NCBI RefSeq assembly: GCF_009914755.1
Contig: NC_060937.1
Source: the human T2T-CHM13v2.0 reference genome, Homo sapiens
Strand: one strand, 5' to 3'
Length of the DNA stretch: 64,000 nucleotides
A program made the position numbers and the translations under genes. This document shows, piece by piece, positions 45,048-60,638 of this stretch. Each line of letters begins with the position of its first letter. The stretch's first letter is position 1. The notes below the pieces were generated by a model. It did not search any database and was not told where the DNA came from. It was given only the letters and a program-made list of their open reading frames with translations.

Positions 45048-48000
45048 CTTCTTGGCTAGCAGTGAATGCTCTAATACTGATGAGTAAATCCTGTGTGTCT
45101 AACTTCAAATTAATTGTTAGTTGTTAGATTTATAAGAATGAATATAACATGATAGGAGCATAGGCACAAAGGAAACATTCAAATTTGTTGTTGTCCTTGC
45201 GATTATTCTTGTTATATGTGAGGCTGATATGATAGAAGATACTGATTTAGGTCAAATACACATATTAAATGTGGAAAATTAATAACTCTAATTAAATATT
45301 TCTTGTTTTATACACATTAATTTTAAATACAGCCCAACAATGGACCACTATTTCTCAATACAAGAAAGTAAAACATAAAAATCATGAAGTTCTTCAATCA
45401 AACTTCAGTAATGCTTATCGCAAACATAAAACATAAAAAACAACACATTTTTAAAGAAATATTATCTTTCCAAACATAGCCATGTGATTCCTCTGTATTA
45501 GAATTTTTCACAGGAATTTTAACTATTATATTTTTTCTACATGCTTTAAATAATAAAATAATTTGAACTTTTGACCAAATGTGATATATTTAAACTATTG
45601 TGTGTATTTTAAAGTGAGGGTAAAAAAAGACACCAAAGCGTCTAGGAAGTTAAACTATAAATTAACATACAGAATTAATTAATTAGGAAGTTAAACTATA
45701 ATTAACTTACAGAAGTTACCAAAAAGTGTTAATGCCCACCCCAAGAATGACTATAAATCTATTGTTAGAATTTCCATGTATCTCAATTTTTAATATGTAA
45801 TTGTTTTGAAAAATTTGGCCAATTTGAAAAAAGCCATTAATATGTAAATAAAGACATCTACATTAATACATATTCTTTATTAATTCTTTATTAGATACTA
45901 GATAATCTGGGTTCTGCACAATTTTGTATTTGGCCATTTATTTGTTCTATATATCAGTAACAAATATACAAGTTTTTGAAGCCTCCAATACCAACATATT
46001 TTTAATGAGTGGGGCCATCTCTTTGCTGACATACCATGGTTACTACACCAATTTATCGTCACGAGATATCTGAACATGATGTTGGACTTAGGAAACTAGT
46101 ACTTGTAAACCCAATCACCAGGAATGCATGGTTGAATGGCCAAAATTCAGGCAACATACAGGTGGATAAACCAATGGTCCATTAACCTAACGATATAATG
46201 GTTCCCAGGAACCAAGGGGAACAAAATTGGTTGGAGAAGAAATACACGATACTTGCAGAAAAAAACAACTTGCTGCTGAGGCCAGGTTCCTTACTGGCAT
46301 GCCACCCCTCCTTCCTGGGGGTAGCCAGTCCTGAGTGAGCCTGGCCTGAGGTTTGCTGGTAATCACTACACATGTCTAGCTAGTGGGGTTCCTTGGTCAG
46401 TTTTGAATGTTGAGATAGAAAGCAAACAAACAGTTACCTAATGACAGTAATTCTCTCCCATCCACAGGAGGGTTTTGCCTAGCATTCACATGCATGTTGC
46501 TACAGTACAATTGATTCATTAATTTACTTTAGCCAATTACTTAGTAAACTCATGTCAACAAGAGAGGGGGCAAGGCTTTCATTCACAGCTGAAACCATAC
46601 ATACTGAGGATCTAATAATGAGTGCATACATCACCAACTGAGTTTTTTTACTTTCAAAATATTTTGTGGTACCATGAAAACATGATGTAAATCCCAAGGG
46701 AAATTTGTCTAGAGATTTGATGAAGCTTTATCTTGCTGTCCAATTAGAAATTGGATGACTGGAAAGATTCTTCTAAAAACTGGCTAAGATATTTATTGCC
46801 AGAATTTTCTTGAGGAGAAACTGTTGGTTTGGCTCCACCTACATTCCCTTACCTCAACCATGTAATCCTGAGCACCTGCTCCTCAGGAGTCAATGCTTTC
46901 CTTCAAAGGATCCTTATACATACACTGGAGCTGATGCACAAAACTGCCTTGCCGCATTTTTGAGGATCTCAAATTTGGCCCCTTGTTTACATTATCCTTC
47001 TTTTTGTTCATCACATTTCCAGATTCCTGACTGTTTACCAAACTTTATATTGCCTTCCTATTCCATTCTTGAGGATCCATGGTCACTGCAACTGTCTTTT
47101 CAGGTTTGCCCCAACTGTGGCTTGTGTGACCAGTTTTGATTCCTTGCCAATTGATTCCTGACCACTAGCTCTGGGCATGGAACCTGCCTGGCTCCTTTTA
47201 ACGTCCCCACAACTTGTCACGCACTTTATCCAAACCAGTTCCCTGCTCTGAGTCTACAGCTGTGACTCACTACTGCCTGTATTTCCAGATTACTGGAATT
47301 ACTGCTCCACTCCAGATTGCTGCCAGAATTAATGCTACTGCTTTCTCTGTAATACTTTGTACTTTTCAAAGGATCATAATTTATCTCATTTGTGCTTACA
47401 GCCCCTTTCTATAATGAGAGCTGTTCATTCCCATTTCATTGGTAAGAAAATCAAGACTCAAAAAGGCCAAATAATTTACTTAACACCACAGTGACGATTT
47501 AATACTTTGAATGCTAGTTTTGAGGACCTTATTATTCCCCCAAAATCATGTTTTAGGGAATTTAGCAGTCCTTTAGAGGAATGATTTTATTCTGACTTTA
47601 AAACCTTTTGTTTTTTTCTTCCTTTAATATGTGACATTGCCTTGCAATGTAAGTAATCTGTATCAAACTATTGAATGTATTGAATTGTTAGAATTTTTAC
47701 CTTTTAAGTTCTTTCCTCCTTTCTTTCCTTGAGACATTTATCAAGTACTTACCATGTATCAACCAATGAGCATAGTATATTGCTGCAGAGTTTATTTATA
47801 AGCTGTAGTCCCTGCTTTCAAGTAGTGCTAATGTAAAGTCAGGAAAAAATTGTATAACAAATTACTACAAGACTATTCTTTTTCATAAAAATAAATACCA
47901 TATAAAAGTATCATTTTCTGAAATCATATTATTTATATACATTTTACTAGTTTATTGTCTGTGACCTCTATTAGAATATAAGCTACATGAGGACAGGGAC

Positions 48001-49900
48001 TTTGTTTCATTTACCACTATATTTCCTGTACCTTGAAATGACACATGGCTTGCAAAATACATTCAATAGATACGTGTAGTAAGGAATAAAATGTTAGTTC
48101 TCCTTTAGGCTTTTACAAAATGCTCTTATGTTTCTAGTGAATGAAGACTATTTATTAGATACCACATGAGTGGCTCTCGTTGCATAATCAGTTAGCACGT
48201 GCTACTTTATAAGATACTACATTAATTCAATGTATTTCACTTAAAGTTTTTGTTCTCTTTAGTTGAACTCCTTTTTAGTTTTTCTAACCTTCTTAAAAAG
48301 GCCATATATGTTTTATTACTTAATAGACACACAATCTTTTAAACATAGAATTCATGTATTTAACAAACATGTATTGTTAGAAATACATAATGTCTCTTTA
48401 AAGTTATCCCATTTCATGTTTTGCTCACTGGATGGTCATTAGTATGTTTTCTGATGACTCTAAAATGAATGCTACAGAATTGCTACTGTAAAAATTATTA
48501 ATTTACTAGTTTATTTAGTAAATTTGTATTTCATTTTAGGTTAAGGCTTATGGTCACAAAGCTCAAAGGGTTGATGTATCAATTATATTGACTATTTGTT
48601 GTTTATATCAACTTTTTGTTTGTAGTGGCTGCCTTCTAAGTTCCATTGCATCTCTGCTCTTAAATCTGTTCTGTGTTATATGTGATTATATTTTCTTTGG
48701 CATTTTTCTTACTTAAACGTCAAACAGATTACATTTCCCAATTTTAGAGTGCTGAAACTATGTCTTTATAGTTATCTTTCAAAATAGTTAACAGTAATAT
48801 CCACAGGTGTAAAGTTAATATATGTTTTATAGTGATTCAGTACAAGATGTTTTCAGTTTAGGCATTAGTAGAGGGATTTTTTTTAAAGAAAAAATTAATC
48901 ATATGACATTTCCAGTGAATGAAGGCTACTTATTAGATACTACTTAAAGACATTATGACTTTTATAAATATTCTGGATAGGACAATTCCAAAGAGGTAAC
49001 AGATAGGAAAAGAAAGTAGAGGTACAAAAATCTGTTGTTGACTCCCATTTTAAAAACTGGAAGCTATATGCATAATCTTAGCCATAGCTAGGAAGTGCAT
49101 ACCATATGAATGCTGCCACAGTGTTGTGGGTCAATGTCAACACAAACACCGATGAAATAATTTGGAAAAGTTAATGTCATGAAATGCCACTGTCCTTTTA
49201 AAGAAGGAAATCAGGGAAAACCCTCTGTCTTGGCATAAACTTAAAAGTACTGAGCTTGTTTACAAAGAAAGCAGTAATAAAATATTTTTAATGAAAAGGA
49301 AAAGGAAATAGATATTGAAAAGTCTGGTTTAAACCATCAGATACATTTTGGTAGACTGTTTACTTCCATGGGCTAGTAAATTGTAAGGAAGTATTTTGTT
49401 ATTATTATGTCTTTGTTCTTTTGGCTTCTTATTTTTATAAAGTTGCAGAGAAAAATACTTAGTTTCTAATATGCCTTCTTTCCCTATGACTAGCAAACCA
49501 AAAAGAAAAGTTATATTGCCAATTTTACTTAATGTAATTAAAGGGATAAAACATTTAAGTTTGAGATAGGGATGGAAATCATTAAGGCTATCGTAAGATA
49601 AACTAACGTTGAATATATATTAGGCTATTCATTAAACAAACAAAACACTAAAGAAGACACTGATGTCCTATTTGCTCTTTGAAGAAGGGAAAGCCAAGTT
49701 AATGAATGAAGAGAAAATAAGTGGAGATTAGTGTATTTAATTATGTAATTTGAAAACTCACAAAAACTGTATTAAGCCCTCTTTTGGCACGAATCTATAA
49801 TCACTTCTATCACCTGTTGAGCACTTATTACAGGCACTGGCTAAATGCTTTATATGTGTTATCTCTGTAAATCCTCCAAGCAATACATGTGAGGTAGTTA

Positions 49901-51548
49901 CAATAGTACCCCCTTATCCCATGGTTTTGCTTTCCCCCTTATCCCATGGTTACTTATGGTCAACCATAGTCCGAAAATAGTAAATGGGAAACTCCAGAAA
50001 TAACAATTAATACGTTTTACATATCATGCTATTCTCAGTAGCATGATGAAATATTGCACCATCCCACTGCATCCTGCCTGAGACGTGAATCATCCCTTTG
50101 TCCAGTGTGTCCTCATTGTACCCGCAACCTGCCCCTTAGTCACTTAGTAGCCATCTTGGCTATCAGATGGACTGTCACAATATCGCAGTGCTGTGTTCAG
50201 GGAACCCTTATTTTACTTACTGACCTCAACGTGCAAGAGTAGTGATGCTGGCAATTTGGGTATGCCAAAGAGAACTTAAAGTGCTTCCTTTAAGGGAAAT
50301 GGTGAAAGTTCTTAATAAGAAAAGAAAAAAAAATTGTATGCTGAATTTGCTAAGATCTATTGTAAGAATGAATTTTCTATCCATGAAATTTGAAGTTAAA
50401 AGAATTTCTTGCTAGTTTTGTTGTCACACTTCAAACTGCAAAAGTCATGGTCACATTGGTGATAAGTGCTAGTTAAGATGGAAAAGGCATTACATTTGTG
50501 GGTGGAAGACATGAACAGAAACATGTTCCAATTGATGACAACGTGTTCCATCAGAGAACATTGAACCTGTCTGAAGACTTCAGCAAGGGATCCTCTAAAA
50601 GGAGTAACAGTCATTTACAGCAAGTAAAAGATGGGTACACAGATTCAGGAATAGGTTTGTACTGAAAAATATAAAAATTATTGAAGAGGCTGCATCTGCT
50701 GCTGATGAAGCTACTGCCACATTTCTGGCAGAGTTGATGAAATTGATTAAGGAGAAAGGATACCATTCAAAGCAAGTCTTCAATTATGATGAAACCAGGC
50801 TCATCTGGAAGGAGATGCCTAATAGAACCTACATTCACAGAAGTGTAAAGGAGGCATCAGGGCATAAAACATGGAAGAACAGATTAACTCTGGTGCTATG
50901 TGGCAACGCTGCAGGGCATACGATAAAGCCAGGCATAGTGTACAGAGAGAACCCATGTGCTCTCACAAACAAAAACAAAAATTATCTGCCTGTGTATTCG
51001 TGATGGCAAAGACTTGGAACCAACCCAAATGTCCAACAATGACAGACTGGGCTAAGAAAATGTGGCACATATACACCATGGAATACTATGCAGCCATAAA
51101 AAATGAAGAGTTCATGTCCTTTGTAGGGACATGGATGAAACTGGAAACCATCATTCTCAGCAAACTATCGCAAGGACAAAAAACCAAACACCGCATGTTC
51201 TCACTCATAGGTGGGAACTGAACAATGAGAACACATGGACACAGGAAGGGGAACATCACACTCTGGGGACAGTTGTGGGGTGGGGGGAGGGGGGAGGGAT
51301 AGCATTAGGAGATATACCTGATGCTAAATGATGAGTTAATGGGTGCAGCACACCAACATGGCACATGTATACATATGTAACAAACCTGCACATTGTGCAC
51401 ATGTACCCTAAAACTTAAAGTATAATAGTAATAAAATAAAAAAAAAATTATCTGCCTGTGTTTGGTATAGGGATCAGTACTATATGCAGTTTCAGGCATC
51501 TATTGGGGGTCTTGGAATGTCTTTAGCTCAGATAAGGGAGAACTACTG
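49901..51548 (+). mobile_element. Tigger7/MER44-family DNA transposon, internally deleted, with transposase remnant
   Basis: TIRs CAATAGTACCCCCTTATC / GATAAGGGAGAACTACTG flanked by TA; ORF 50734-51003 contains the pogo-type motif QVFNYDETRLIWK...RLTLVLCGNAAG. Confidence 0.85.
50996..51445 (+). mobile_element. 5'-truncated L1PA 3' end inserted in the Tigger element
   Basis: ORF2 C-terminus KTWNQPKCP...MWHIYTMEYYAAIK...HRMFSLIGGN, 3' UTR G-tract, polyA; TSD AAAAATTATCTGCCTGTGT at 50977 and 51443. Confidence 0.95.
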
Positions 51549-53519
51549 TATATTTTACAGGTTCAGAAATAAGCTCATAAGTAATTTTTCTGGATTTGAA
51601 CCCAATCTACCTAAATTCAAAACCGATTCTTTTAGCCACTACACCATAATTTGAAGGATTATTTGGGATTAGAATGGGGATGGCAAAAAACAAAACAAAA
51701 CAAAACAAAACAAACCAGTGAAATGTTTGGGAGAAATGTTTTATTTTATAATGTAATCATGTGAGCTCTCTTGTGCTTATGAAAGAAAACACTGTGGTAT
51801 GAATTATGAGGGCAGGGCAAACCAGGTGCCCACTATGCTTACTATGCCTCACTGGATGCAAATAGCCTGAAACACATTATGTTATGTGCTCTTGCCACTG
51901 CAAAAGAAATCTGGCTGAGCTTGTTTTAATATAAACAGAGAAACTAGTGATAAAGCTGTGGCTAACATATCACATTTCATTTACTTCTCACAATTTTAGA
52001 TCAGCCAGACAGAAATGAAGTTTTATATACACATTTGTGTGTATTTAACAGAACCCTAAATAATAAATATGATTAAGCATCTTAATTCTTTAAGATTTGC
52101 TTTTACATTAACAACAAAGGGGTTACATATAATGGATAATCCAGAATATTTAAGTTTAGACTCTCAGGTAGAAGGTACGGGTCAGATACTGTGTTCTTTC
52201 TTTTTACCTCTCTTTTCCGATCCTGACCCTTCTGTCTGTTAAGTGAAAAGAGATACATTATAGTTCTGGGAAATCAAAGTATAAACCTCCAATTGTCTCC
52301 ATGACAATGGACCTGCTAATTGGACAATGAAGTAGCTATTTCAAGCCATTCTTCCACCAGTTAATCCATGGCTGCTAGCAGCAGAGAAAGGCTCTATTCT
52401 AAAACTTTATGCACCACTACTAGGCTCAGATTGTTCTATGAAGTTTCTCAGTTGAGCTAGAGTTTGGTAAACATGCTGTCACCTATTTTGAAGAGATTCT
52501 AATAATGAGATACCTATTCCAAAGGATCCTTGGATATTTCCTCACAGCATTTCTTCTCTCCCATTACCCAGGGTGTGTGATTTTTTATTATAAATATATA
52601 GATATGTAATCATAACCTTTTTAAACAAGGACTAGATTACAAATTTTTTTCCAGAAAAGCATAATAAGGAACGATATACTAATATGAGAATGAAATTAAA
52701 TTTTGGTTAATTTTAATGAATAAAAAATAATTTGTTTATTCCAAGTGATTTTTGTCCAGGATTAAAATGATTTCCAGGAAATAGAAAGGCTAATAGCATT
52801 TTCTGAACCTTTCTAGGCATAGATAAGAGATATAAGACCAGATTGGCTCCAGATATCATTTCTTGGTGGGGCGCTTTCAAATATACATACAAAAAATGAT
52901 GATGTTAATTTTAAATGACCTTTCCTGGTCTCATTAGTATCTTCTGTCTGGTCCATTTGGTAGAAATTAGTAATGGCTTTGGTCTGGGTCCCAGTATAGG
53001 CAGTGTGGGATAGGAGTAGAGCTGTGGCTTCAGCCAGTCACAACTAGGATCAAATCCTAATTGTGTCACTTCCTTAAGTGTGACTTCACAAAACTGACTG
53101 AACCTCTCTTTAGACCAGTGTCCTAGTATGGGGATAATAACTTACTTGAAGAACTATGGTAAGGATTTAGAAATAACACATATAAAAGTGTGTGGCAGAA
53201 AAGAGATAATCAGTGTGTGACAGCTACAATTTTAAACAATTAAGCAGCCAGTAAAAATTAAATAAACTCCTTTCTTTAACATACTTTTCTTTCTCTAGCC
53301 TATGTATACCAACTACAATGGCAACTATGGTAAAATAGATGTCTGCGCAAAACTAAAAGAAATTTACTGCTCAAAGTTTGTTAGTGTGAAAACATTTTTT
53401 ATATAGTTTTTCTTTCTTTTTGAATTTCACTGAAGGAGTTGTGTAGTTGACTACATATATTAACATGAATTTCTTACTCTTGGCAAAGGAGGCAGAGAAG
53501 AGGGAAACTATTTAAGTGA

Positions 53520-53910
<391 letters not shown>

Positions 53911-54204
53911 TTAGATCACTTTCATCTGGGTGGGAACATGAATATATTCATGAAAACGGCACTTCCACTGGCAAGAACTTCAGTAGGGGAGATGAGAAGG
54001 ATAGGGCTGTGGACAGAAGCAAGAAAATGAGTAAGGCACTAAAGGAGGAAAGCACAGTACATTAATTGGGGATAGAGAGAAATTCATGTTGGCTGAAGCC
54101 CTGTTTTCCCACCTGGGGACTTCGGAATTATTCAAAGTGATCCATGAATACTTACATACATCAGGTATTGTTTGTGGACAGAATAAAAGTTAAACACATG
54201 CAGC

Positions 54205-54635
54205 TGAATTCGTTTCTTAGGGCTGCAGTAACAAAGCACCGCAAACTACAGGGCTTAAAACAACAGAAATTTATTCTGTCATCGTTCTGGAAGCCAGAAA
54301 TCAGAAAACAAGGCATCAGCAGGCTCATGCTGTCTCTGGAGGCTCTAGAGAAGAATCCTGCCTTGCCTCTTCCTCGCTTCTGGTGGTTCCCGCAATCCTT
54401 TGCTTTTCTCAGCTTGCAGCTGCTTAACTCCAATCTCTGCCTATATCTTTACATAGCCTCCTTCCCTGTCTTTACATCATCTTCCCTCTGTGTGTCTCCT
54501 CTCTTTTTATGAGGACATGGACATATTTGGTGAAGGGCCCACTCCACTCCATTATCTCATCTTAAGGTCACATTCACAGGTACTTGAGGTTAGAACCTGG
54601 ATGTATCTTTTTGGTGGACACAATTCAACCCAAAA
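54205..54635 (-). mobile_element. MaLR solo LTR (MLT1-type)
   Basis: GGGCTGCAGTAACAAAGCACCGCAAACT...GGCTTAAAACAACAGAAATTTATTCTG...GGACACAATTCAACCCA. Confidence 0.8.
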
Positions 54636-56088
54636 TGGTGTGTATATGTATTTCAAATATATGTAGATGTGTGATTTTTTAAGTGAAAATTATTTAAATA
54701 GCATTATTAACTTGAAAGTAGCAGTTCATCACTGTAAATTTTCTCAATTAATGGATATTAAAGGAATACATCTGTCAGGTAGGAGTCTAACAGTCTATAA
54801 TTTTTTTAATGATAAAAAGAGTTGTACACACTGAGAAGGGTTGGGATCTGTGGTATAGGGTTCCTGTGGAAGAGAATGAGATAAAACTAGCAAATAAGCT
54901 AAAGTATGAAGTGTCTTTGGTACCGATAGGACTTAATTTCTTAGGCAAAGAGAATTACTGGTGATGTTTTCACAGATGCAGTGCATGTATGTAGAAGCTA
55001 TTGTGATGAATACAGTAAAATCCTGGACCACTAATCTGTCCATCAAGGTGGAACGTTAGGAAGACTACCATGTAAGGATGAACTGGAGAAGAGTGAGTGT
55101 GGAAACAAGGAGACCAGGTATGAAGTGACTAGAATCTAAATCAGGATGACTGCAGTGAGAATGAAAAAAATGAGATGAATGCTAGACCCACTCCCACGAA
55201 GAATGGGCAGAGGTATGACAATTTAATGGTGAATAAGTATGTGTGCATGGTGCATTTGTATGCATATTTATGTGATGTTTACGGGTACATGTTTGCATTA
55301 GGCTGCTTGTATGATATCTAGTTCATTTATGATTCCAGAATACTTATTATTTCAGTACCATTTGACATTTTAAAATTACTTGCTGATAATTTTCCATGTC
55401 TCAACACAATCTTTTCCTAAATGAAAGATTCAGAATCACTCATTTCAATTAGTTTAATTTTTGGCATACAAATATGTATTGGTTGGTAAGCTTCAACATT
55501 TTAACCATTCCCAAATTGGGTCAACTTAGGATACAAATATAGAATTTCTATTTTGTGTTTGTGTTCCCTCTTTAAGAGGAAAATTAGTGGAGCAAAAAAG
55601 GTAAAAGAAGTAGTGGTAGTTGGAAGAAACTGACATTTAAGTTTGATGAAGAAATTCTAAATAGACACCTAGAGAGGCTAAATGAATTCAAGTCCCCAAG
55701 GCAGGACAAATTGCATCCACTGATCCTAAAACAATCTGAAAACTAGATCACTGAACAACTCTCAATGGTCTTTGAGGAGTCATAGAGAACTAGGAGTGCC
55801 AGAGGATTGAAGTGCTAAAGGCAGGGTGAGGTTAATTCTCGAAAATCCATAGCAAGTAGCTTAATATCTCCAAAGCAAGTAATAATACTTCACATCAATA
55901 TATTTTCATTTAATTTTGCTCAGATACAGAAACAGAGAGTATCCAGACTGCAGCTAGACAGTTGTCAAGGTCCCTTACGGTATCCTTTGGTAAAGCCAGA
56001 GGAATATGTGTGCTAGTTATCAGCACACTATGGTAGCTAATTTATTATTGAAGGAGTATGCTAAACAGGTGCTTATAAACAACTTAAA

Positions 56089-56352
56089 TCAGTTTTCAAA
56101 CTTTTTGACTACAATTTGCAGTAAGAAATACATATTACATCATTACCTAGTAAACATACATATGTATTTTTATGTACGTGTGTGTAATTAAAGCAGATCT
56201 TATAAAATGGTACTTACCCTTACAAAATAGATTTTGAAATTTCTCATTATGTGTGTTTCTATTCATTTCATTTAAAAAAAACCCTGTTGGTTGCAACCCA
56301 CTAAATCAATTTCATGACTCCCTATTAGGATGGGACCCACAGTTTGAAAAAC
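56089..56352. mobile_element. hAT-Charlie-like MITE
   Basis: Inverted ends GTTTTCAAACT ... AGTTTGAAAAAC. Confidence 0.55.
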
Positions 56353-56563
56353 GTGAATTGATTCAAGCAGAGTGATACTGGTGACTGCTGAGCTGTTTTC
56401 ATCCTGTTCAATCAACATTTGAATGGAGGTATAGAAGGAATGCTCCCAAATTTACACATAGACTAATAAGACAATAAATTATTTGCATGATATAATCAGG
56501 ATTAAGAAATTCCTAGCAGATGAAATTTAATGGATAATTAAATAGAAAATTTGTATTAAATAA

Positions 56564-56863
<300 letters not shown>

Positions 56864-59800
56864 TAAAATAAAATTTAAATTTAAATTGATATGTTCAATT
56901 TTGTACTTATATCTCAAAATCTACATGTAAAGCTACAAATTGTAGATATGCTGCTGCTAAAAAAACAGTAATAACAAAAGAAAACGCCTTAGTTTTTCAG
57001 GTCGATAATTATTTCATGCAGAAGCTATTGTGATTAATAAAGTAAAACTCTTTATTAATCCTAATTAATCCTGATGGTCTAATCTGTCCATCAAGATGGA
57101 CCTTTACGAAGATTACCCATGTAAGGATGGACTGGAGAAGAGTGAGTGTGGAAAAGAGGAGACCAGGTATGAAGTGACTGGGATCTGAATCAGGGTGGCT
57201 GCAGTGAGGATGAAAAAAGTGGGATGAATGCGAGACCTATTACCAGGAAGAATGGGCAGATCTGTAACTAATTTAATGGTGATAATAATTTCAATATGAG
57301 AGGAGAATGGAACCAAAATTATTTGAGAACCTACTACGTGCCAAATGTGAATCATTACTACATTACACGAATCATTAGTGTCATGTTAAGAAAAAAATCC
57401 AAAACCAAAACAAACCAAACAGATCTAATTTGATTTGGGGCAACATTAACAGGAGCTATATTGCTAAAGGTTGAGGGTGAGGTAAGAATTTCCCTCTGTT
57501 TTATACAGGTCTAAACCCACATTGAATTTGGAGTATTCTGTTCAGATAAAGTTTAGAGGAAAGCAAGAAATGTGTTCTTTAAAGAACAGGTGAAGGAAAC
57601 GGGAATAGTGTGGAGAACGGCTGTTTCCATCCATTCATTTTTGAACATATTTATTCAATGTAAATTATGTCAGGCAAGGTAGGTGCAAAAAAAAAAAAAA
57701 CCCAAAAATAATGACACAAAATAACTGTGGGTATTTTCCGGCAGCCAATGAAGGGAAACATTATTGATTGCCACTTACTACTACATTAAGTACGTTAAAT
57801 GTATTAGCTCCTTTAATCCTATAAAGTAGTATTATCATCCTTACTTTGGGTTGAGTAAACTGAAGCTTTGAAGCTAAAGTCATTTTCCCAACATCACACA
57901 TATAAGTGGTGGTGGAACTAGAATCTAAATCCAGCTTCCATTGAATCTGGGGCATGACTTCTCAACCTCTCTGCAATATTGCTTCCTGAAACTCAGATTC
58001 ACAGGTTTCTTATCTTTGAATGATTGTCCTTAGGAAGTATGGGTATGCAAAAATGCATACAAAATTAATATTCACCACATAAAATATATTTTTTAATCTG
58101 GAGATTTAAAAATATACATATTGGGTATCTTCTATTATTATGTAGCTTTTCTTTCAAAATATTGTTAATGTAAATGTAAAGTTATTTGCACATTTTCCGG
58201 GAAAAGGTTTTGTAGGCCAAAAAGAAATAGACCTGTTGACTTTTCTGAACTTTATGCTTTTGGGATGGTATGGAAGACATATAACTGTGCAATTATGCAG
58301 ACTTGTATGTGGTTATAATTGGTATTACATGTGTTTATAGGTCATGCAACACACATGCCTGTATACTAAGGACACAAAGACACATTGACTATATGCTAGC
58401 TGCTCAGCTGAAATTATTTTATGGAATTCTTACTTCCCTATGAAACACATATTATCATTCCTACTTAAGGAACCAGGAGACTGAAACTCAAATAGCTTGA
58501 GTAGACTGCAAAGGTAGTAAGTTGTAACTATGACTCAAAGAATCATGCACTTTCCACAGTATCATAGCGCCTGCGAGGAGCTGATTGTCTACTGGAGAAA
58601 GATTTTTAATTGGTAAGCTCTTTTAAATATCTCTGAAATTGAATTAAGTAGGCAAAAGAAGTGGAGTTTTCCTACTTAGAAATGGTGATATTATCTTTAC
58701 CCACTCACTATCTTCACTAAGAAAAATGAGCAGAAAAATACAACCAACTGCATATACATACTACTTAAGAAAAAATACAAGAAAAATCAAAATGGAAATG
58801 TTAAAAATGATGTTAAGCTATTCATTCAGAAAGGAAATAGAAAGTTCAGGTTGTCACTGTCTCTCAAAGTACTCATGCAAGAAGTCTAAAAATAGCAAAA
58901 GGTAGAACCTGCTGCCATATAGATATATGCACAGTGGGTAAAAAAACTTAGTGTGACAACCTTTCAGTCTAGATTTATGTATTTTACAAAGATATCATTT
59001 TAAATTTGCAAATGAAACAGTACTCTTAAAAGCAGATGATACTCACTTGGGACAGACAAAAATGTAGTAGAAGGATATAAACGTTACAGGATTTTTCAAT
59101 TATATAGTATATCTCAAGTCATACTATTATGACTTGTATGTTTTGTAAATTTCCCGTACAGTTTCAAGCATTCTAGCATTTTATAATTCAATTGCCATTT
59201 AATTTAAATGGACATGCTAGTTACCACTGCTTTCAGAAGTGTTTGCTTAACTACTTTAACAATTCAATCACTTTGGTGCAAGTTTAAACAAACAGACATG
59301 CAACCAAGAATTCATCCTAAGTACTGGTTTTGAGGAACTTTTTTATAACCTGTGGTACTTAGAATTTTACCGTGTTCCCATATCCTGGGAGTTAACTTGA
59401 CTGGCAGGTCCAATTAAATATGAATAATAACAAAACTGATTATGGTGGATTTGTATATTGACCTTTTTCATTTGAGAGGACAATTAAAACGATCTGAATA
59501 TACCTCAAGATACCTAATATTTCTGGTGACTTGCAATAATCTTTATTGAAAAGGGAAGACCTCATGAAATATTAAAGAAAATTATATCATTCCTTTCAAG
59601 GAACAGTCATGCCTATTTAGTTTTAATTCAATACTAACAGCAAGATTACTGTGTACATTTTAATTTTTAAAAATTAAAGGTTTATTTTTTGTCTCTTGTA
59701 TCTGTGCAGACATAGATATGTACTTTTCTCACAGACAAGGCTGGCAGTGAGAATCACCCATGTTTTTAGATAATTTCGAAAGTCCTCTGAATTGTACGTG

Positions 59801-60243
59801 CCTGTGAAAAAAGGAAACATTAATAATTGGCATCATACCTGAGGATTGTCAGGATTTTGAAAGTGTGGGATTTGTCGTTCCCACCAAACTACCCCACAGT
59901 GTCACACACTGCAGTCTTTTTAGGCTGGGAGGCGAGTTCAAGAGCTGTTTGTTGTTCCGAGCTTGATCCAGAGAGGATCACTGTTTGACAAGTTCTATTT
60001 TAAGTCGTGCCTGAGTGTGCAGGTGTCAGCCTCTTTCATGGCTGTAGAAAAAGCACCATTACACTCCGTCTGTATTCTTCCCCCGACAATGCAGGATCGC
60101 CCCCCCGCCCCCCCGCGCGTTTGTTTCTGCTTTGCCAGCCACTTTTTCTTTGGGAAATTCTAGGGAGGGCAGGCGGACAGGACTGCGAGGAAGGGCGAGG
60201 AGGGGCAGAAAGAGGTCGTCTGCCACTCCCCTACCTTACAAGG

Positions 60244-60249
60244 CACGTG
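60244..60249. promoter_or_regulatory. E-box (USF/MYC-MAX type)
   Basis: GGCACGTGG at the 5' edge of the CpG island; short motif, so weak on its own. Confidence 0.4.
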
Positions 60250-60599
60250 GCACTGGCAGTAGCAGCAGCTGGATGCAACAACTGAGATGAGGAACCTCCT
60301 CCCAGCAAGAGGATATTGAGAGAAGGAGGAGGTGGCAGCGAAGGCAAGACATGCACACTGTGTCCTTCCCCAAAGGGAGAATCCGCCCTCAAGGGAAAAA
60401 CCACAAGGAAGCCACTACCCGCCCCGCCTCTGCCAGCTTGCCCCAGTGTCTGGCAGCAGTCCCCATGCACCTGCTCACCTGTCTATCCGTTCGGGGTGGT
60501 TGGGGGAGGGACGAGGGGTGTCGGGGTGGGTGGGTGGGAAGAGAAGGAGGGCAGGGCAAAAGAGGGGGTGCACCGAGGGCTCCGCCCCCCCGGAGGCTG

Positions 60600-60611
60600 T
60601 GCGCAGGCGCA
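60600..60611 (+). promoter_or_regulatory. NRF1 motif
   Basis: TGCGCAGGCGCA matches the NRF1 consensus TGCGCANGCGCA. Confidence 0.7.
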
Positions 60612-60638
60612 GTGGCTGCTACCGCAGGCAGGGGGCGG

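Noticed and set aside
46020-46380. More GC-balanced, coding-looking stretch, possible pseudogene fragment
   Set aside because: Hand translation of the frames gave stops and no protein family I recognise; a tblastx search would be needed.
50871-51221. 116-aa ORF as a possible novel transposase-L1 fusion protein
   Set aside because: The upstream part is out of frame with the transposase remnant; a chance read-through into a truncated L1 ORF2 tail with no promoter evidence.
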